The notes under the pieces were generated by a model, which ran no database searches, was not told where the DNA came from, and saw nothing but the letters and a program-made list of their open reading frames with translations. Shown in pieces: positions 35,005 to 43,650 of a stretch of DNA of 53,722 nt (positions are counted from its first letter, which is position 1; each line of letters starts with the position of its first letter). Source of the stretch: a virus; the IMG/VR virus record IMGVR_UViG_3300020227_000034, positions 1 to 53,722 of that record; one strand, given 5' to 3'. The position numbers and the translations under genes were made by a program.

Positions 35005-35045
35005 TCCCCCTTTGTTTGAAGGTCTTCCCTGACCCTCTATAATTA

Positions 35046-35074
35046 ATTATAAAGCACTCGACCAAAAAAGGCAA
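35046..35074 (-). promoter_or_regulatory. Promoter TTGCCT-N17-TATAAT, overlapping the polymerase terminator
   Basis: Minus strand reads aggggTTGCCTtttttggtcgagtgcttTATAAT. Confidence 0.6.
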
Positions 35075-35089
35075 CCCCTAAAGGCTGCC
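35064..35089 (-). terminator. Intrinsic terminator after the DNA polymerase gene
   Basis: Minus RNA: GGCAGCC-uuuagg-GGUUGCC, then UUUUUU. The 3' arm and U-tract form the -35 of the next promoter. Confidence 0.7.
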
Positions 35090-35122
35090 AATTTTATTTT
35101 GTTATATATAATAAGGAACAAA

Positions 35123-37735
35123 CTAAACTGCCCAACCGATTTTATCTTTAACAAAAGTATCGAAGTCAGCTATGTCACCTTGTTTGTTTAGAATAATGTC
35201 TAACTTATTTTTGTCATTGACTTCTATTTCATACAAATTACCCCAGCGATAACCAATCTCAAAGTCAGCTACAAAAGGTACATCTGTATCCAACAGTATT
35301 TCACCTGCGGGTTCCATGATGTCTTTGAATATGGCGCGGACTTCTAACATTATTTGTTCGTCTTCTTTTACCTCGGCAATAATAGAATCGTGGACTGTGT
35401 TAACTAAGCGTACAACCTCTTCACCATACTTTTGATTAACTTCTTCTAAAGCATAATGTAACCTACATACGGACCACATAGTTAAATCAGATGCTGTAGC
35501 TTGTATCGGGAAGTTACCTGCTTCATTCTGTACAGCGTTTTTATTTGTTTCCGTAATTAATCCGAAGTGTCGTTTACGTCCTATTGGTGTCTCATAAGCC
35601 CTACCAAGTAACGGGTCTTTACGACGCTCTTGCATGTACTCGTATGTTAGTGGTTGTGGTGCGTACCAATCGGCGATTAGCTTCTTACCTTCTCTAACAG
35701 TTAAGTTATGCTCTGCTGCTAATGTATAGGCACTACGTCCATATGGAATACCGAAATTAACTGCTTTAGCTCGGACACGTTGCTCTTTGGTAAAGTCCTT
35801 ACCATACAACTGGATAGACATTTGGTCATGTAAGTCTGAGCCTGATTTGTATACATTCTGTAACCATGGGTCACCGGACTCTACAGCCAACGTCCGTAGC
35901 TCCGCCTGTGAGTAGTCGGCTTGGAATATAACGTACCCTTTGGACGCCACAAATATATTCTTGATTTTAGAGTTCCGCGGGATGTTATGGATATTTGGAC
36001 CTGCTGAACTTAGTCGACCAGTCTCGGTACCATGTAGCTTAAATGTAGAGTGTACCTTCTGTGTATCTTCTGTGATATGTTCCCAAATACCTTTAACATA
36101 GGTACTGTACATCTTTTTATCTTTGGCATAAGCTAGCTTAGTATCAATAAACTGTATAAGCGACACATCGCGTGATTTCTCTTTATATACTTTCAATGTA
36201 TCAGCATCAGTTGTAATCTTACCTTTCTTCTTAACTGGCTTGAGCTTCCACTTAGCGAACAGCATGTACCTGATATGCATATAACTATTCGGGTTAAACT
36301 CAGTTGGTAGCTTAGTCGGTCCTGGTCGTTTCTTGCCTTTACGTTTACCGGTACGCTCCCACTCTTTGAGTTTATGTTCATCAGCCCACACAGCATACTG
36401 CTTAGGATCAAAACCTTTCTTGTTAGCTAACTGTTTTAGCTCTTTAATATAATTCTCCAATGCTGGCTCGTATTCTTCCTGGAGCTTTTTGATGTAATTA
36501 ACATCCGTTGGGAACCCATTTAATTCCATATACATATAGGTGTTCGATGCATCCATTAATAAGTTGAATACCTTATCAATTTTACGTCCTTTGATACGCT
36601 CTTCCTCATAAGGAATTTTCAGTGCTCGGTAGACACGTAATGTCATATCACAGTCGACACCTTGGTATTTATATAGGATAGGTCGTGGTATGTCCGCAAA
36701 CGATTCTTTTACATACTGGTGCGCTTCGTGCTCCCAAGGCTCAGCATGACAGAACTCTACTGCGACTTGTTCCAAGTCATGTGTACCTTTGCGTTCATCT
36801 AAGACGTAATGCATCAGCATAGTATCGATATCAGTACGTGCTTTAATACCCAGCTGTGCTATATGGAACTTATTATCGAACTTACCGTTGTGGTAAATCC
36901 ATTTTATCTTGGGTGACTCGATGGTCTTCTTTAGTTCTTTTAGTACTGATTTGTTATACATCATCTCTTCACTGAGTACTACTGCGTGACCAATCTTCCA
37001 ACTAAACCCTTGACATAAGAAATAATCCTTCCGGAAATCAAATCCTCGGGTCTCAATATCAGATGCTACAATACGTTCTTTTGCCCGAAGCTGTTTAAGG
37101 AATTTGATAGATTGTATTGGATTGGACAATACATCTACCTTCGTTTCGGGTTTCTTGAATGGCTTTCCTTTTTCTCTGTTTAATAGTCTAACTGCTTTTT
37201 CTAGGTCTTTAGCAAACGTTTGAAATACATCTGTATTTCTTAGGACGTATCTAGGTTGGAATGTGGGTACTATATAAGCATCTAACCGTGCATCCCATTT
37301 CTGTTTACCTCGTTGGTTCATAATACCAGCACGAGTCATTCCCAATGATTTCAGAGCCCCGCTCCCCAATGGAACAATCACGTGAGGCCGCTTTATCTTT
37401 ATCTCTTCCATCAACCGCCCACTACAAGCTTTAATTCCACCTGCAGGGGGTTCTTGGCTCGTTTTACATGCGGTCGCATAAGTGTAATGGACCTTTGTAG
37501 TATGGTGGTCGAAACCTATGTCTTCCAGAACTGCATTTAGTGCTTGTTGCAAAAAGGAACCCCCGCGTCCAGCGAAGGCTTCTTTAGCAATAATTTCTGA
37601 CATGATAGGTGAGTCACCGATAACCATTATGTCACATTTTTCATCGTCAATCTTGGGTGCGAAGCAACGTCCTTTATTAAACATAACTTGTAGTGGGCAG
37701 TTTTCACAGTCAGCATGTTGTATTACGTCATGCAT
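35123..37735 (-). CDS. Family A DNA polymerase with 3'-5' exonuclease domain and an N-terminal family-4 UDG-like domain
   Basis: 870 aa. Pol motifs: Pol A DYSQAELR, KAVNFGIPYG, and motif C VHDSII. Exo motif SDIETRG. N-terminal CENCPL...VIGDSP...FAGRGGSFL...VPTFQPRY parallels the UDG family 4 motifs. Confidence 0.9.
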   Translation of the reverse strand: MHDVIQHADCENCPLQVMFNKGRCFAPKIDDEKCDIMVIGDSPIMSEIIAKEAFAGRGGSFLQQALNAVLEDIGFDHHTTKVHYTYATACKTSQEPPAGGIKACSGRLMEEIKIKRPHVIVPLGSGALKSLGMTRAGIMNQRGKQKWDARLDAYIVPTFQPRYVLRNTDVFQTFAKDLEKAVRLLNREKGKPFKKPETKVDVLSNPIQSIKFLKQLRAKERIVASDIETRGFDFRKDYFLCQGFSWKIGHAVVLSEEMMYNKSVLKELKKTIESPKIKWIYHNGKFDNKFHIAQLGIKARTDIDTMLMHYVLDERKGTHDLEQVAVEFCHAEPWEHEAHQYVKESFADIPRPILYKYQGVDCDMTLRVYRALKIPYEEERIKGRKIDKVFNLLMDASNTYMYMELNGFPTDVNYIKKLQEEYEPALENYIKELKQLANKKGFDPKQYAVWADEHKLKEWERTGKRKGKKRPGPTKLPTEFNPNSYMHIRYMLFAKWKLKPVKKKGKITTDADTLKVYKEKSRDVSLIQFIDTKLAYAKDKKMYSTYVKGIWEHITEDTQKVHSTFKLHGTETGRLSSAGPNIHNIPRNSKIKNIFVASKGYVIFQADYSQAELRTLAVESGDPWLQNVYKSGSDLHDQMSIQLYGKDFTKEQRVRAKAVNFGIPYGRSAYTLAAEHNLTVREGKKLIADWYAPQPLTYEYMQERRKDPLLGRAYETPIGRKRHFGLITETNKNAVQNEAGNFPIQATASDLTMWSVCRLHYALEEVNQKYGEEVVRLVNTVHDSIIAEVKEDEQIMLEVRAIFKDIMEPAGEILLDTDVPFVADFEIGYRWGNLYEIEVNDKNKLDIILNKQGDIADFDTFVKDKIGWAV
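35300..35311 (+). repeat. Oriented 12-mer, copy 8
   Basis: ttcacctgcggg. Confidence 0.8.
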
Positions 37736-38510
37736 TGTGTGTCCACCCCAATGTTACCCCTATATTATAGATAGCCATATCTAAGTGGGTCATACGTTCT
37801 GTTTTATGTTCTACTTTACCCTCAGGCCTATCTAACTTGTTAGCATGCCATTCAGGTAAGAATTTAATTCCATGTAGGGCCATCCAAGAAGGATATACTG
37901 AATCAATGCTCCGAATAAGACCATGGTAAGAATTATTAAAATCGGAATAGTCATTGGCTCCTAGTAAATGTATCTCCTTACCTTTCACTTGCGTAATGTA
38001 ATTCAGTATCCCGTTGTGGAATAACTTATTTAATAGTATGTGTCGTGAATTCTCGTCAACCAATTTAGCCCAAGCCTTCGGTATACCAAGAACATCAATT
38101 TCATCAATCTCTAGGTACTGCTTAATGCAGAAGCAAATTTCATTATAGTCCTTACCTTGGACTACGGCCATCTTCTTATACGGCTTAGCATTTTTATTCT
38201 TTAAGGCTTCGGTGACTAGGTCAATTGTTTTGTAGCTATCAAATAGTACGTCCGGAAGTATAACTTCATCAGCACGCACCATGCCCGCAGCACTTAGTAC
38301 TTGGTCAAAGTCCATCGCATTACCTAACTCAATAATACTATTGTCTAATACTACGTAACCACCATTGTCGGACAACTTTCTGTAGTACCTACGGTACATA
38401 TTGTCTTTAAGTACTAGGTGGGCCAGGCTCATCTGAAATTGAGATAAGCCAGCCTGAAATCTTAACTGGTCGTAATCGTTACCGTAAATAGGTATGGGTG
38501 CAAATTGCAT
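37728..38510 (-). CDS. dpdA: tRNA-guanine-transglycosylase-like protein (DpdA-like 7-deazaguanine DNA transglycosylase, putative)
   Basis: 260 aa with alternating beta/alpha TIM-barrel-like periodicity. VVLDNSIIELG parallels the TGT DSGGFQ Asp motif. IHLLGAND...LIRSIDSVYPSWMALHG parallels TGT LMGVG...GVDMFDCV.PTR.A..G. It sits next to the que genes. Confidence 0.55.
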   Translation of the reverse strand: MQFAPIPIYGNDYDQLRFQAGLSQFQMSLAHLVLKDNMYRRYYRKLSDNGGYVVLDNSIIELGNAMDFDQVLSAAGMVRADEVILPDVLFDSYKTIDLVTEALKNKNAKPYKKMAVVQGKDYNEICFCIKQYLEIDEIDVLGIPKAWAKLVDENSRHILLNKLFHNGILNYITQVKGKEIHLLGANDYSDFNNSYHGLIRSIDSVYPSWMALHGIKFLPEWHANKLDRPEGKVEHKTERMTHLDMAIYNIGVTLGWTHNA

Positions 38511-39091
38511 TATTCTATTCCCCCTTTGGAGTGGTCTATAATAAATGTCTTTGCTTCTCCATGCATTTCTTCTTTAGTAAGTATGTCTGAGTTGAGTTTT
38601 AGAATTGGAAACTGCTTCTCTAGATTCTTGATTATGTCGTTATAGCCTGCTAGTAAATCACGAATCATTTCTGGTTTAATTAACTTCTCGCCTTCCTCTT
38701 TGAATCGCCTAGTAATGGTCTCTTCGCTAGCATGACAATAAATAAAGATAGTACCTTGATTAACTAATTCAGGGTAGACCCAAGTGTAATAGGCTTGCTC
38801 TATCTTCTCAGGCATCGGTGACCCAGACATAACAGGATGATAGACTAAGTCATCCGGGAAATGGAATCTATCCAAGATGGTAGGGAAGTGTTTATTTGCC
38901 CGTACAAAATCTAATGCTCTACCAAAAGCCATTTCGGGAGTTTTTTGATTATTACCTTTGTAATATTCTACGGCAACAAAAGAATCTAATAAGGAGTCTA
39001 TCAAAGTTGATTTGCCTGTCTTGTCACAACCAATTACAATAATATTCTTTGTCCTTAAATCTAGTAGACTAGCGTTTACGTAACTCATCAT
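38510..39091 (-). CDS. P-loop (d)NMP kinase-like protein (thymidylate-kinase fold)
   Basis: Walker A GCDKTGKST and a DRF..D..VY segment resembling the TMPK DR(Y/F) motif. Start chosen at 39091 (MMSYVN...) with RBS GGGAGGAG. Confidence 0.55.
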   Translation of the reverse strand: MMSYVNASLLDLRTKNIIVIGCDKTGKSTLIDSLLDSFVAVEYYKGNNQKTPEMAFGRALDFVRANKHFPTILDRFHFPDDLVYHPVMSGSPMPEKIEQAYYTWVYPELVNQGTIFIYCHASEETITRRFKEEGEKLIKPEMIRDLLAGYNDIIKNLEKQFPILKLNSDILTKEEMHGEAKTFIIDHSKGGIE

Positions 39092-39764
39092 GTTTCTCCT
39101 CCCACCATTTATCAAAATCGATATTTTCGGTACCAATTGCCTTAGCTAGATAGATAGCCACGTCCACTAATTCTTTCTTCAGGTTATCTTGGTCCCCAGC
39201 ATCCAGTGCCGATAGCTCGTACACTTCTTCAGCAATCTCTCCAGCCTCTCCATTTAAAGCTAATGCTAGGTATGCCATATTCTGATGCTCTTTAGGTATT
39301 ACAGCTGTGGTTGGATTATCAATTAGGAAACCACTTAGCCCATCAATGTTAGCTGTAATCTTGTCCAAACGTTCGTGTGACATCCCGTCCCGGATTAACT
39401 TCTTGACGTCATCCGCAATCTCTCCAGCTATCTTATTTATTACTAAGGCAAATACAACCGTACCGTGTAATGATTCAGGGATGTCCATTGTTGTCTTATA
39501 ACCCTTCTCTTTATCAAATGCCAGGACTTCATTTACCATACGTTCAAAACGACCCTCGGAAAGCATATCATTCATTTCTTTAAGTCGTACCGTAGCTTTA
39601 TATACACCTGCGGAGTTACGGTTAACGAATCCTTTTCGAAATAGATTTGTTAACCTTTCTTCTGAAGCATTCGGTACTTGTTGTAGGTACTCTTCCTTTG
39701 TAAACTCACCCAACATTGCAACCTGTCTAATTTCTATTTTATGTTCATTTACGTCGAAGCTCAT
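39069..39764 (-). CDS. Tandem MazG-like nucleoside triphosphate pyrophosphohydrolase
   Basis: 231 aa with two EExxE-type segments (INKIAGEIADDVKKL and LNGEAGEIAEEVYEL ... ELVDVAIYL). Confidence 0.6.
   Translation of the reverse strand: MSFDVNEHKIEIRQVAMLGEFTKEEYLQQVPNASEERLTNLFRKGFVNRNSAGVYKATVRLKEMNDMLSEGRFERMVNEVLAFDKEKGYKTTMDIPESLHGTVVFALVINKIAGEIADDVKKLIRDGMSHERLDKITANIDGLSGFLIDNPTTAVIPKEHQNMAYLALALNGEAGEIAEEVYELSALDAGDQDNLKKELVDVAIYLAKAIGTENIDFDKWWEEKHDELRKR
39602..39613 (+). repeat. Oriented 12-mer, copy 9
   Basis: tacacctgcgga. Confidence 0.8.
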
Positions 39765-39993
39765 TCTTGATTTCCTCCTCTGACTTTGTTGAGCTAATTA
39801 TGTTTTCGTATGCAGTGTGTAAGAAGATCTTACCTCCGACTGCTGTATAGTCATGCCCACCTTTACCAACAAAAGCACAGTAGGCTTTGTCAATCTTAAC
39901 TAGTTCTTCAACTACACGGTCCCATGCTTCTTGAAAGGAAATCTCTTTTTGACTATTAATTTTGTCCTGCTTTTTACGTTGACGTTTGTTCAT
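39745..39993 (-). CDS. Hypothetical protein
   Basis: 82 aa with RBS GGGAGGG. Downstream of promoter 40142..40170. Confidence 0.55.
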   Translation of the reverse strand: MNKRQRKKQDKINSQKEISFQEAWDRVVEELVKIDKAYCAFVGKGGHDYTAVGGKIFLHTAYENIISSTKSEEEIKNELRRK

Positions 39994-40141
39994 TACGAAC
40001 CCTCCCAGATTAGATAGAAAGCGAGGTTACCCCCGCCTACTATATTAGAATTTATCCCATTCATTTTCAAATTCTCTTACTCTAGCCCTAAACATTTGTT
40101 GTCCGTAGCTTCACTATCGCTCACCTCCCATCTCTATAAAT

Positions 40142-40170
40142 ATTATACTACAAGATAGGCGAACTATCAA
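40142..40170 (-). promoter_or_regulatory. Promoter TTGATA-N17-TATAAT
   Basis: Minus strand reads agccTTGATAgttcgcctatcttgtagTATAAT, directly after the folE stop. Confidence 0.6.
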
Positions 40171-40172
40171 GG

Positions 40173-40805
40173 CTACCTCTTCATTAAATCTAGTATTTCC
40201 ATCCGGGCCGACATATTCTCTCTGAACAACCCTCTCATGGTAGAAGTAGTAGTAGTAGCATCTTTCTTTTTAATACCACGTCCACACATACAATAATGCG
40301 CAGCTTCTATTACGACTGCAACAGCCTTCGGTTGAAGGACCTCATCTATTGCATCTGCAATCTGTTGTGTTAAGCGTTCCTGTACCTGGAAGCGCTGTGC
40401 GTATCCATCAACTACTCTTGCAAATTTAGACAATCCCGCAACAGACTTACTCGGGATGTATGCAATATGCGCCTTACCATAAAATGGTGCGAAGTGGTGC
40501 TCACATAGGCTGTTAAAGTCTATGTCTTTAATTAATACAATGTCATCATGCTCGACTTCGAATTCTTTTGTTAAGTGTTGTTTTGGGTCCTCACGATATC
40601 CTTTGGTATATTCCAGGTAAGCCTTAACGACACGGAAAGGAGTTTCCTCCAAACCGTCTCGTGTAGGGTCATCACCACATACCTCAATTACCTTAGAAAT
40701 ACTATCCATCGCTTCTTCTAAGTCCATCTCTTGTTTGAAATCTAAGAAGGACGTATCTAATACTTTTTCTAATTTCCCACGTTGCTCATCATTCATTCTG
40801 TACAT
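40173..40805 (-). CDS. folE: GTP cyclohydrolase I
   Basis: 210 aa with the diagnostic CEHHFAPF zinc/active-site motif and C-terminal HYCMCGRG. Confidence 0.9.
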   Translation of the reverse strand: MYRMNDEQRGKLEKVLDTSFLDFKQEMDLEEAMDSISKVIEVCGDDPTRDGLEETPFRVVKAYLEYTKGYREDPKQHLTKEFEVEHDDIVLIKDIDFNSLCEHHFAPFYGKAHIAYIPSKSVAGLSKFARVVDGYAQRFQVQERLTQQIADAIDEVLQPKAVAVVIEAAHYCMCGRGIKKKDATTTTSTMRGLFRENMSARMEILDLMKR

Positions 40806-40810
40806 GTTAT

Positions 40811-41566
40811 CTACACCTTTCTCTTATTAGCCCATACAAGGGTATGAAGTTGTGGTAATGGTTTGATATCATTAGCTTCTGGGTCATCTATAACTTTATT
40901 CCAAAGCCAGTCTAATTTAGTAAGAAGACGTCCGGAGATATCGCCTTCTTCGTGTGCATCCTCGTTTCCGACTGAAACAAAGAATTCCGCCTGCGGGTAT
41001 CTGTTGTGTACGTACTTGGCGTGCTCGAAGTCTTCGTCATCGAATACAACGACCTTCAGTGTATAATTAGTATCTGCTTCATCCAATTTTTCAATGATGT
41101 CATCCAGTCGCTGCCAGTTAGTTTTCATTAATGAACTCGGTGGCTTAGGACTGATTGTTAGATCATCGATATCACGGAACCAATCCTTCCAGAATGACCC
41201 TTGTGTTTCTAATCCTACCTTTATACCTGACTCGTGACACATATTGATTAGGTCCTGCATTGGCTGTGCTATCAATGCTGGGTTACCTCCAGAAATAGTT
41301 ACGTGGTCAAAGTTTAATTTACCTGACTCTTTATCTGTACCTAATTCCAGTAAGGTCTCAAATACATCTTCAGCTGATTTCAGTTGTGCCTTCTCTTCCC
41401 CATTCCAAGTGAATGCTGAGTCACACCATGCACAACTGTAATCACAACCACCTGTCCTAACGAACATTGTCTTACGTCCGATGACCATTCCTTCACCTTG
41501 AATAGTCGGTCCAAATATTTCCATAATAGGCATACGTTTTGGTTTACGTGCTTTAGTCTCTGCCAT
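40811..41566 (-). CDS. queE: 7-carboxy-7-deazaguanine synthase (radical SAM)
   Basis: 251 aa. Radical-SAM cluster motif [10 protein letters not shown], an N-terminal QGEG segment and the GGNP motif. Confidence 0.85.
   Translation of the reverse strand: MAETKARKPKRMPIMEIFGPTIQGEGMVIGRKTMFVRTGGCDYSCAWCDSAFTWNGEEKAQLKSAEDVFETLLELGTDKESGKLNFDHVTISGGNPALIAQPMQDLINMCHESGIKVGLETQGSFWKDWFRDIDDLTISPKPPSSLMKTNWQRLDDIIEKLDEADTNYTLKVVVFDDEDFEHAKYVHNRYPQAEFFVSVGNEDAHEEGDISGRLLTKLDWLWNKVIDDPEANDIKPLPQLHTLVWANKRKV
40986..40997 (+). repeat. Oriented 12-mer, copy 10
   Basis: tccgcctgcggg. Confidence 0.8.
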
Positions 41567-41694
41567 GTTTGTCCTCCTCTACTTTGTCTAACCAGTTTTG
41601 TAACTTGGTGCATTGTTTATTCTCTCGGACACCGAATCTATGCAAATATTCAGGTACCCCACCAAGTGCTTTGAAATGGAGTACCTCTTTAATA

Positions 41695-42123
41695 CTAATT
41701 ATGCTTAGGACGATATACTACATATGACGTAGGCGTCTCGCGGAGAATAACTTGTAAACATTCGGCACCAAGCCCTTCACTATCTAGGTAGTGTTGGATA
41801 GTAATGTAAATCCATTCGGCTACATTTTCTGTTGATGGAATAGTACCTCCATCGGTAATATCAAATTCATGATGGTCATTCAATACTGTGTGGTCATATT
41901 TTTTATGGACTAATTTTTTAAGTGATTGAAAGTTAACTAAGAAACCATCTTCTCCAACTTCATCACCTACAATGGTAATATTCACAAAGTAAGTATGTCC
42001 ATGTAATTGTTGACACTTACCCGCACTTGGATGTGGTACAAGATGTGCTGCAGCGAAGTGCATGTCCTTATTTAATTCGAATCGTTTGTTATGAGGTGTT
42101 GTTGGATAAAACTGTTGTAACAT
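41695..42123 (-). CDS. queD: 6-carboxy-5,6,7,8-tetrahydropterin synthase
   Basis: 142 aa of the PTPS fold, with AAH..P......C..LHGHTY zinc-ligand signature. Confidence 0.85.
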   Translation of the reverse strand: MLQQFYPTTPHNKRFELNKDMHFAAAHLVPHPSAGKCQQLHGHTYFVNITIVGDEVGEDGFLVNFQSLKKLVHKKYDHTVLNDHHEFDITDGGTIPSTENVAEWIYITIQHYLDSEGLGAECLQVILRETPTSYVVYRPKHN

Positions 42124-42341
42124 TACTCTTCCTCCTCTAATAGTGTATATTCAAATCCAGCTAACAGTTCAGGTGAATTACCGACAATGAAATTAGAATC
42201 ATAAATCATTTTACCGACTACATCGTCGCCCTCTTGTACTGCTGGGATGTACCTACAAAATACTGCAAACTCATCATCGGCCACAATACAACCGAAGATG
42301 CCTTCATCTACATTTATCATGGTACCCTTTTCAAAGACCAT
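42123..42341 (-). CDS. Hypothetical protein embedded in the que operon
   Basis: 72 aa. Start and stop each share a base with the neighbouring genes (tight coupling). Confidence 0.55.
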   Translation of the reverse strand: MVFEKGTMINVDEGIFGCIVADDEFAVFCRYIPAVQEGDDVVGKMIYDSNFIVGNSPELLAGFEYTLLEEEE

Positions 42342-42727
42342 TATACATTCTCCTTTATTTGTAGACCTTTATTTCTGGTCCTAACTAATAATGGGCTAGC
42401 TTGTTTAAGGAAGCTCTCCCAAAGCAAGTTATGGTTCCTACCGTTTACTTTCTTGCTGGCGAACACTGGTCGTGTCCATTCTTGTTGTATGCAACGATAA
42501 GAGTAGTTAATGTACCTATAAGCATCGTTCTTGAGGTTCTCGAAAGCTACTCCATGGTCAATCTTTCTCCAACGCCTATTCGACAAGTAGACATCTTCTA
42601 AAAACTCGGCAGGTGATAAACCATCTAAACCTCCAGGATGCTCGTCTGATAGTACTGCATAGAGGTGGGGGAAGATTTCCCCATCAGCTTCTATACGTTC
42701 ATATAACCAAATCTCTTTACGTCCCAT
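42341..42727 (-). CDS. Hypothetical protein embedded in the que operon
   Basis: 128 aa, 15 nt downstream of queC. I recognise no family. Confidence 0.55.
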   Translation of the reverse strand: MGRKEIWLYERIEADGEIFPHLYAVLSDEHPGGLDGLSPAEFLEDVYLSNRRWRKIDHGVAFENLKNDAYRYINYSYRCIQQEWTRPVFASKKVNGRNHNLLWESFLKQASPLLVRTRNKGLQIKENV

Positions 42728-42742
42728 TATTGTATTCGCCCC

Positions 42743-43399
42743 TTATTTTTTGTATTTGATAGGGTCTTCATAACCCGCTTCTTCGAATGCTGCTAATCTT
42801 AGTTGACACGTAGGACAAGTACCACATGAAGGTACAGTTCCTCTATAACATGAATGAGTTAATTCTAGTGGTGCACCTATTCTCATGGCTTCTTTAACTA
42901 CATCAGATTTATGTTTCTTTAAGAATGGTGCCCTTATTTCCACATTACCAGCTGTACCATGTTTCAATGCTGCAAACATATATATGAAGTAAACTGCTGT
43001 AGTATCTGGATAACCTCCGTGGTCCTCTGCATGTGCACCATAATAAATGTAGTCAGCATTAATACTGTCTGCTACACCTGCGGCTATGGATAAGAAGATG
43101 GAGTTCCTCGCTGGTACGTATGTTGCGCCGACCGAACCTTTATCTTGGTCGTCTTTTATGTCTTCACCGTGCTGTAATAATGAAGAGTTGAAATTTGCGA
43201 ATGTTGACGATAGGTCAAATTCTGTATATGAATCTAACTCCAACACTTTAGCTATCTTCCTAGCACTCTCCATTTCTACGTCATGTTTTTGCCCGTAATA
43301 CATGTTTAAGGCATGTACCTCATCGTTCTCTCTTTTTGCTATAGCTGCGCAGGTTGTGGAATCCATTCCACCAGATAATAATACTAGTGCCTTACTCAT
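42743..43399 (-). CDS. queC: 7-cyano-7-deazaguanine (preQ0) synthase
   Basis: The PP-loop motif LLSGGMDST and a C-terminal CxxCxxC zinc cluster (CGTCPTCQLR). Start chosen at 43399 with RBS GAGGAGG. Confidence 0.9.
   Translation of the reverse strand: MSKALVLLSGGMDSTTCAAIAKRENDEVHALNMYYGQKHDVEMESARKIAKVLELDSYTEFDLSSTFANFNSSLLQHGEDIKDDQDKGSVGATYVPARNSIFLSIAAGVADSINADYIYYGAHAEDHGGYPDTTAVYFIYMFAALKHGTAGNVEIRAPFLKKHKSDVVKEAMRIGAPLELTHSCYRGTVPSCGTCPTCQLRLAAFEEAGYEDPIKYKK
43073..43084 (+). repeat. Oriented 12-mer, copy 11
   Basis: tacacctgcggc. Confidence 0.8.
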
Positions 43400-43621
43400 A
43401 ATGTTCCTCCTCATAATTTGGTTGGGGTTTATAGTCACTATTCAACACAGTTTCTGTTGAGCGGCCTAACTTTTTGTAAGGTCTACGTTTTAATAAATTC
43501 AAATCAGCTAAACTTGCATAGTATTCTTCAGCCAGCGGCTAAATCTGCTATCTCTCCCATTACTATCACTCCTTTTATTTAAGGAGATAAGAAACTGTTA
43601 ATCTCTTATCTCTTTAAATAT

Positions 43622-43650
43622 ATTATAACATATGCGAGCTCTAGAGTCAA
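43622..43650 (-). promoter_or_regulatory. Promoter TTGACT-N17-TATAAT for the que operon
   Basis: Minus strand reads aagggTTGACTctagagctcgcatatgtTATAAT. The -35 overlaps the primase-helicase stop codon. Confidence 0.7.

Noticed and set aside
41380-41613. Minus-strand ORFs nested in, or overlapping out of frame with, larger genes: 41380..41613, 52495..52680, 49269..49508, 48905..49087, 36193..36411, 29063..29245, 26295..26492, 18688..18879, 16438..16620, 10573..10755, 10798..10989 and 3291..3488.
   Set aside because: They are out-of-frame overlaps within genes that have clear family signatures. They have no convincing RBS, and their compositions are biased (Arg/Lys/His-rich or hydrophobic junk).
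43575-43603. Hairpin GAGAUAAGA-loop-UCUUAUCUC plus an A-rich tail ending in the SD, considered as a preQ1-I riboswitch in front of queC.
   Set aside because: The 9-bp P1 is too long and the loop lacks the conserved preQ1-I nucleotides. The only tail segment able to pair with the loop (UUAA) abuts the stem, leaving no spacer for an H-type pseudoknot. It is kept only as a leader-structure note.
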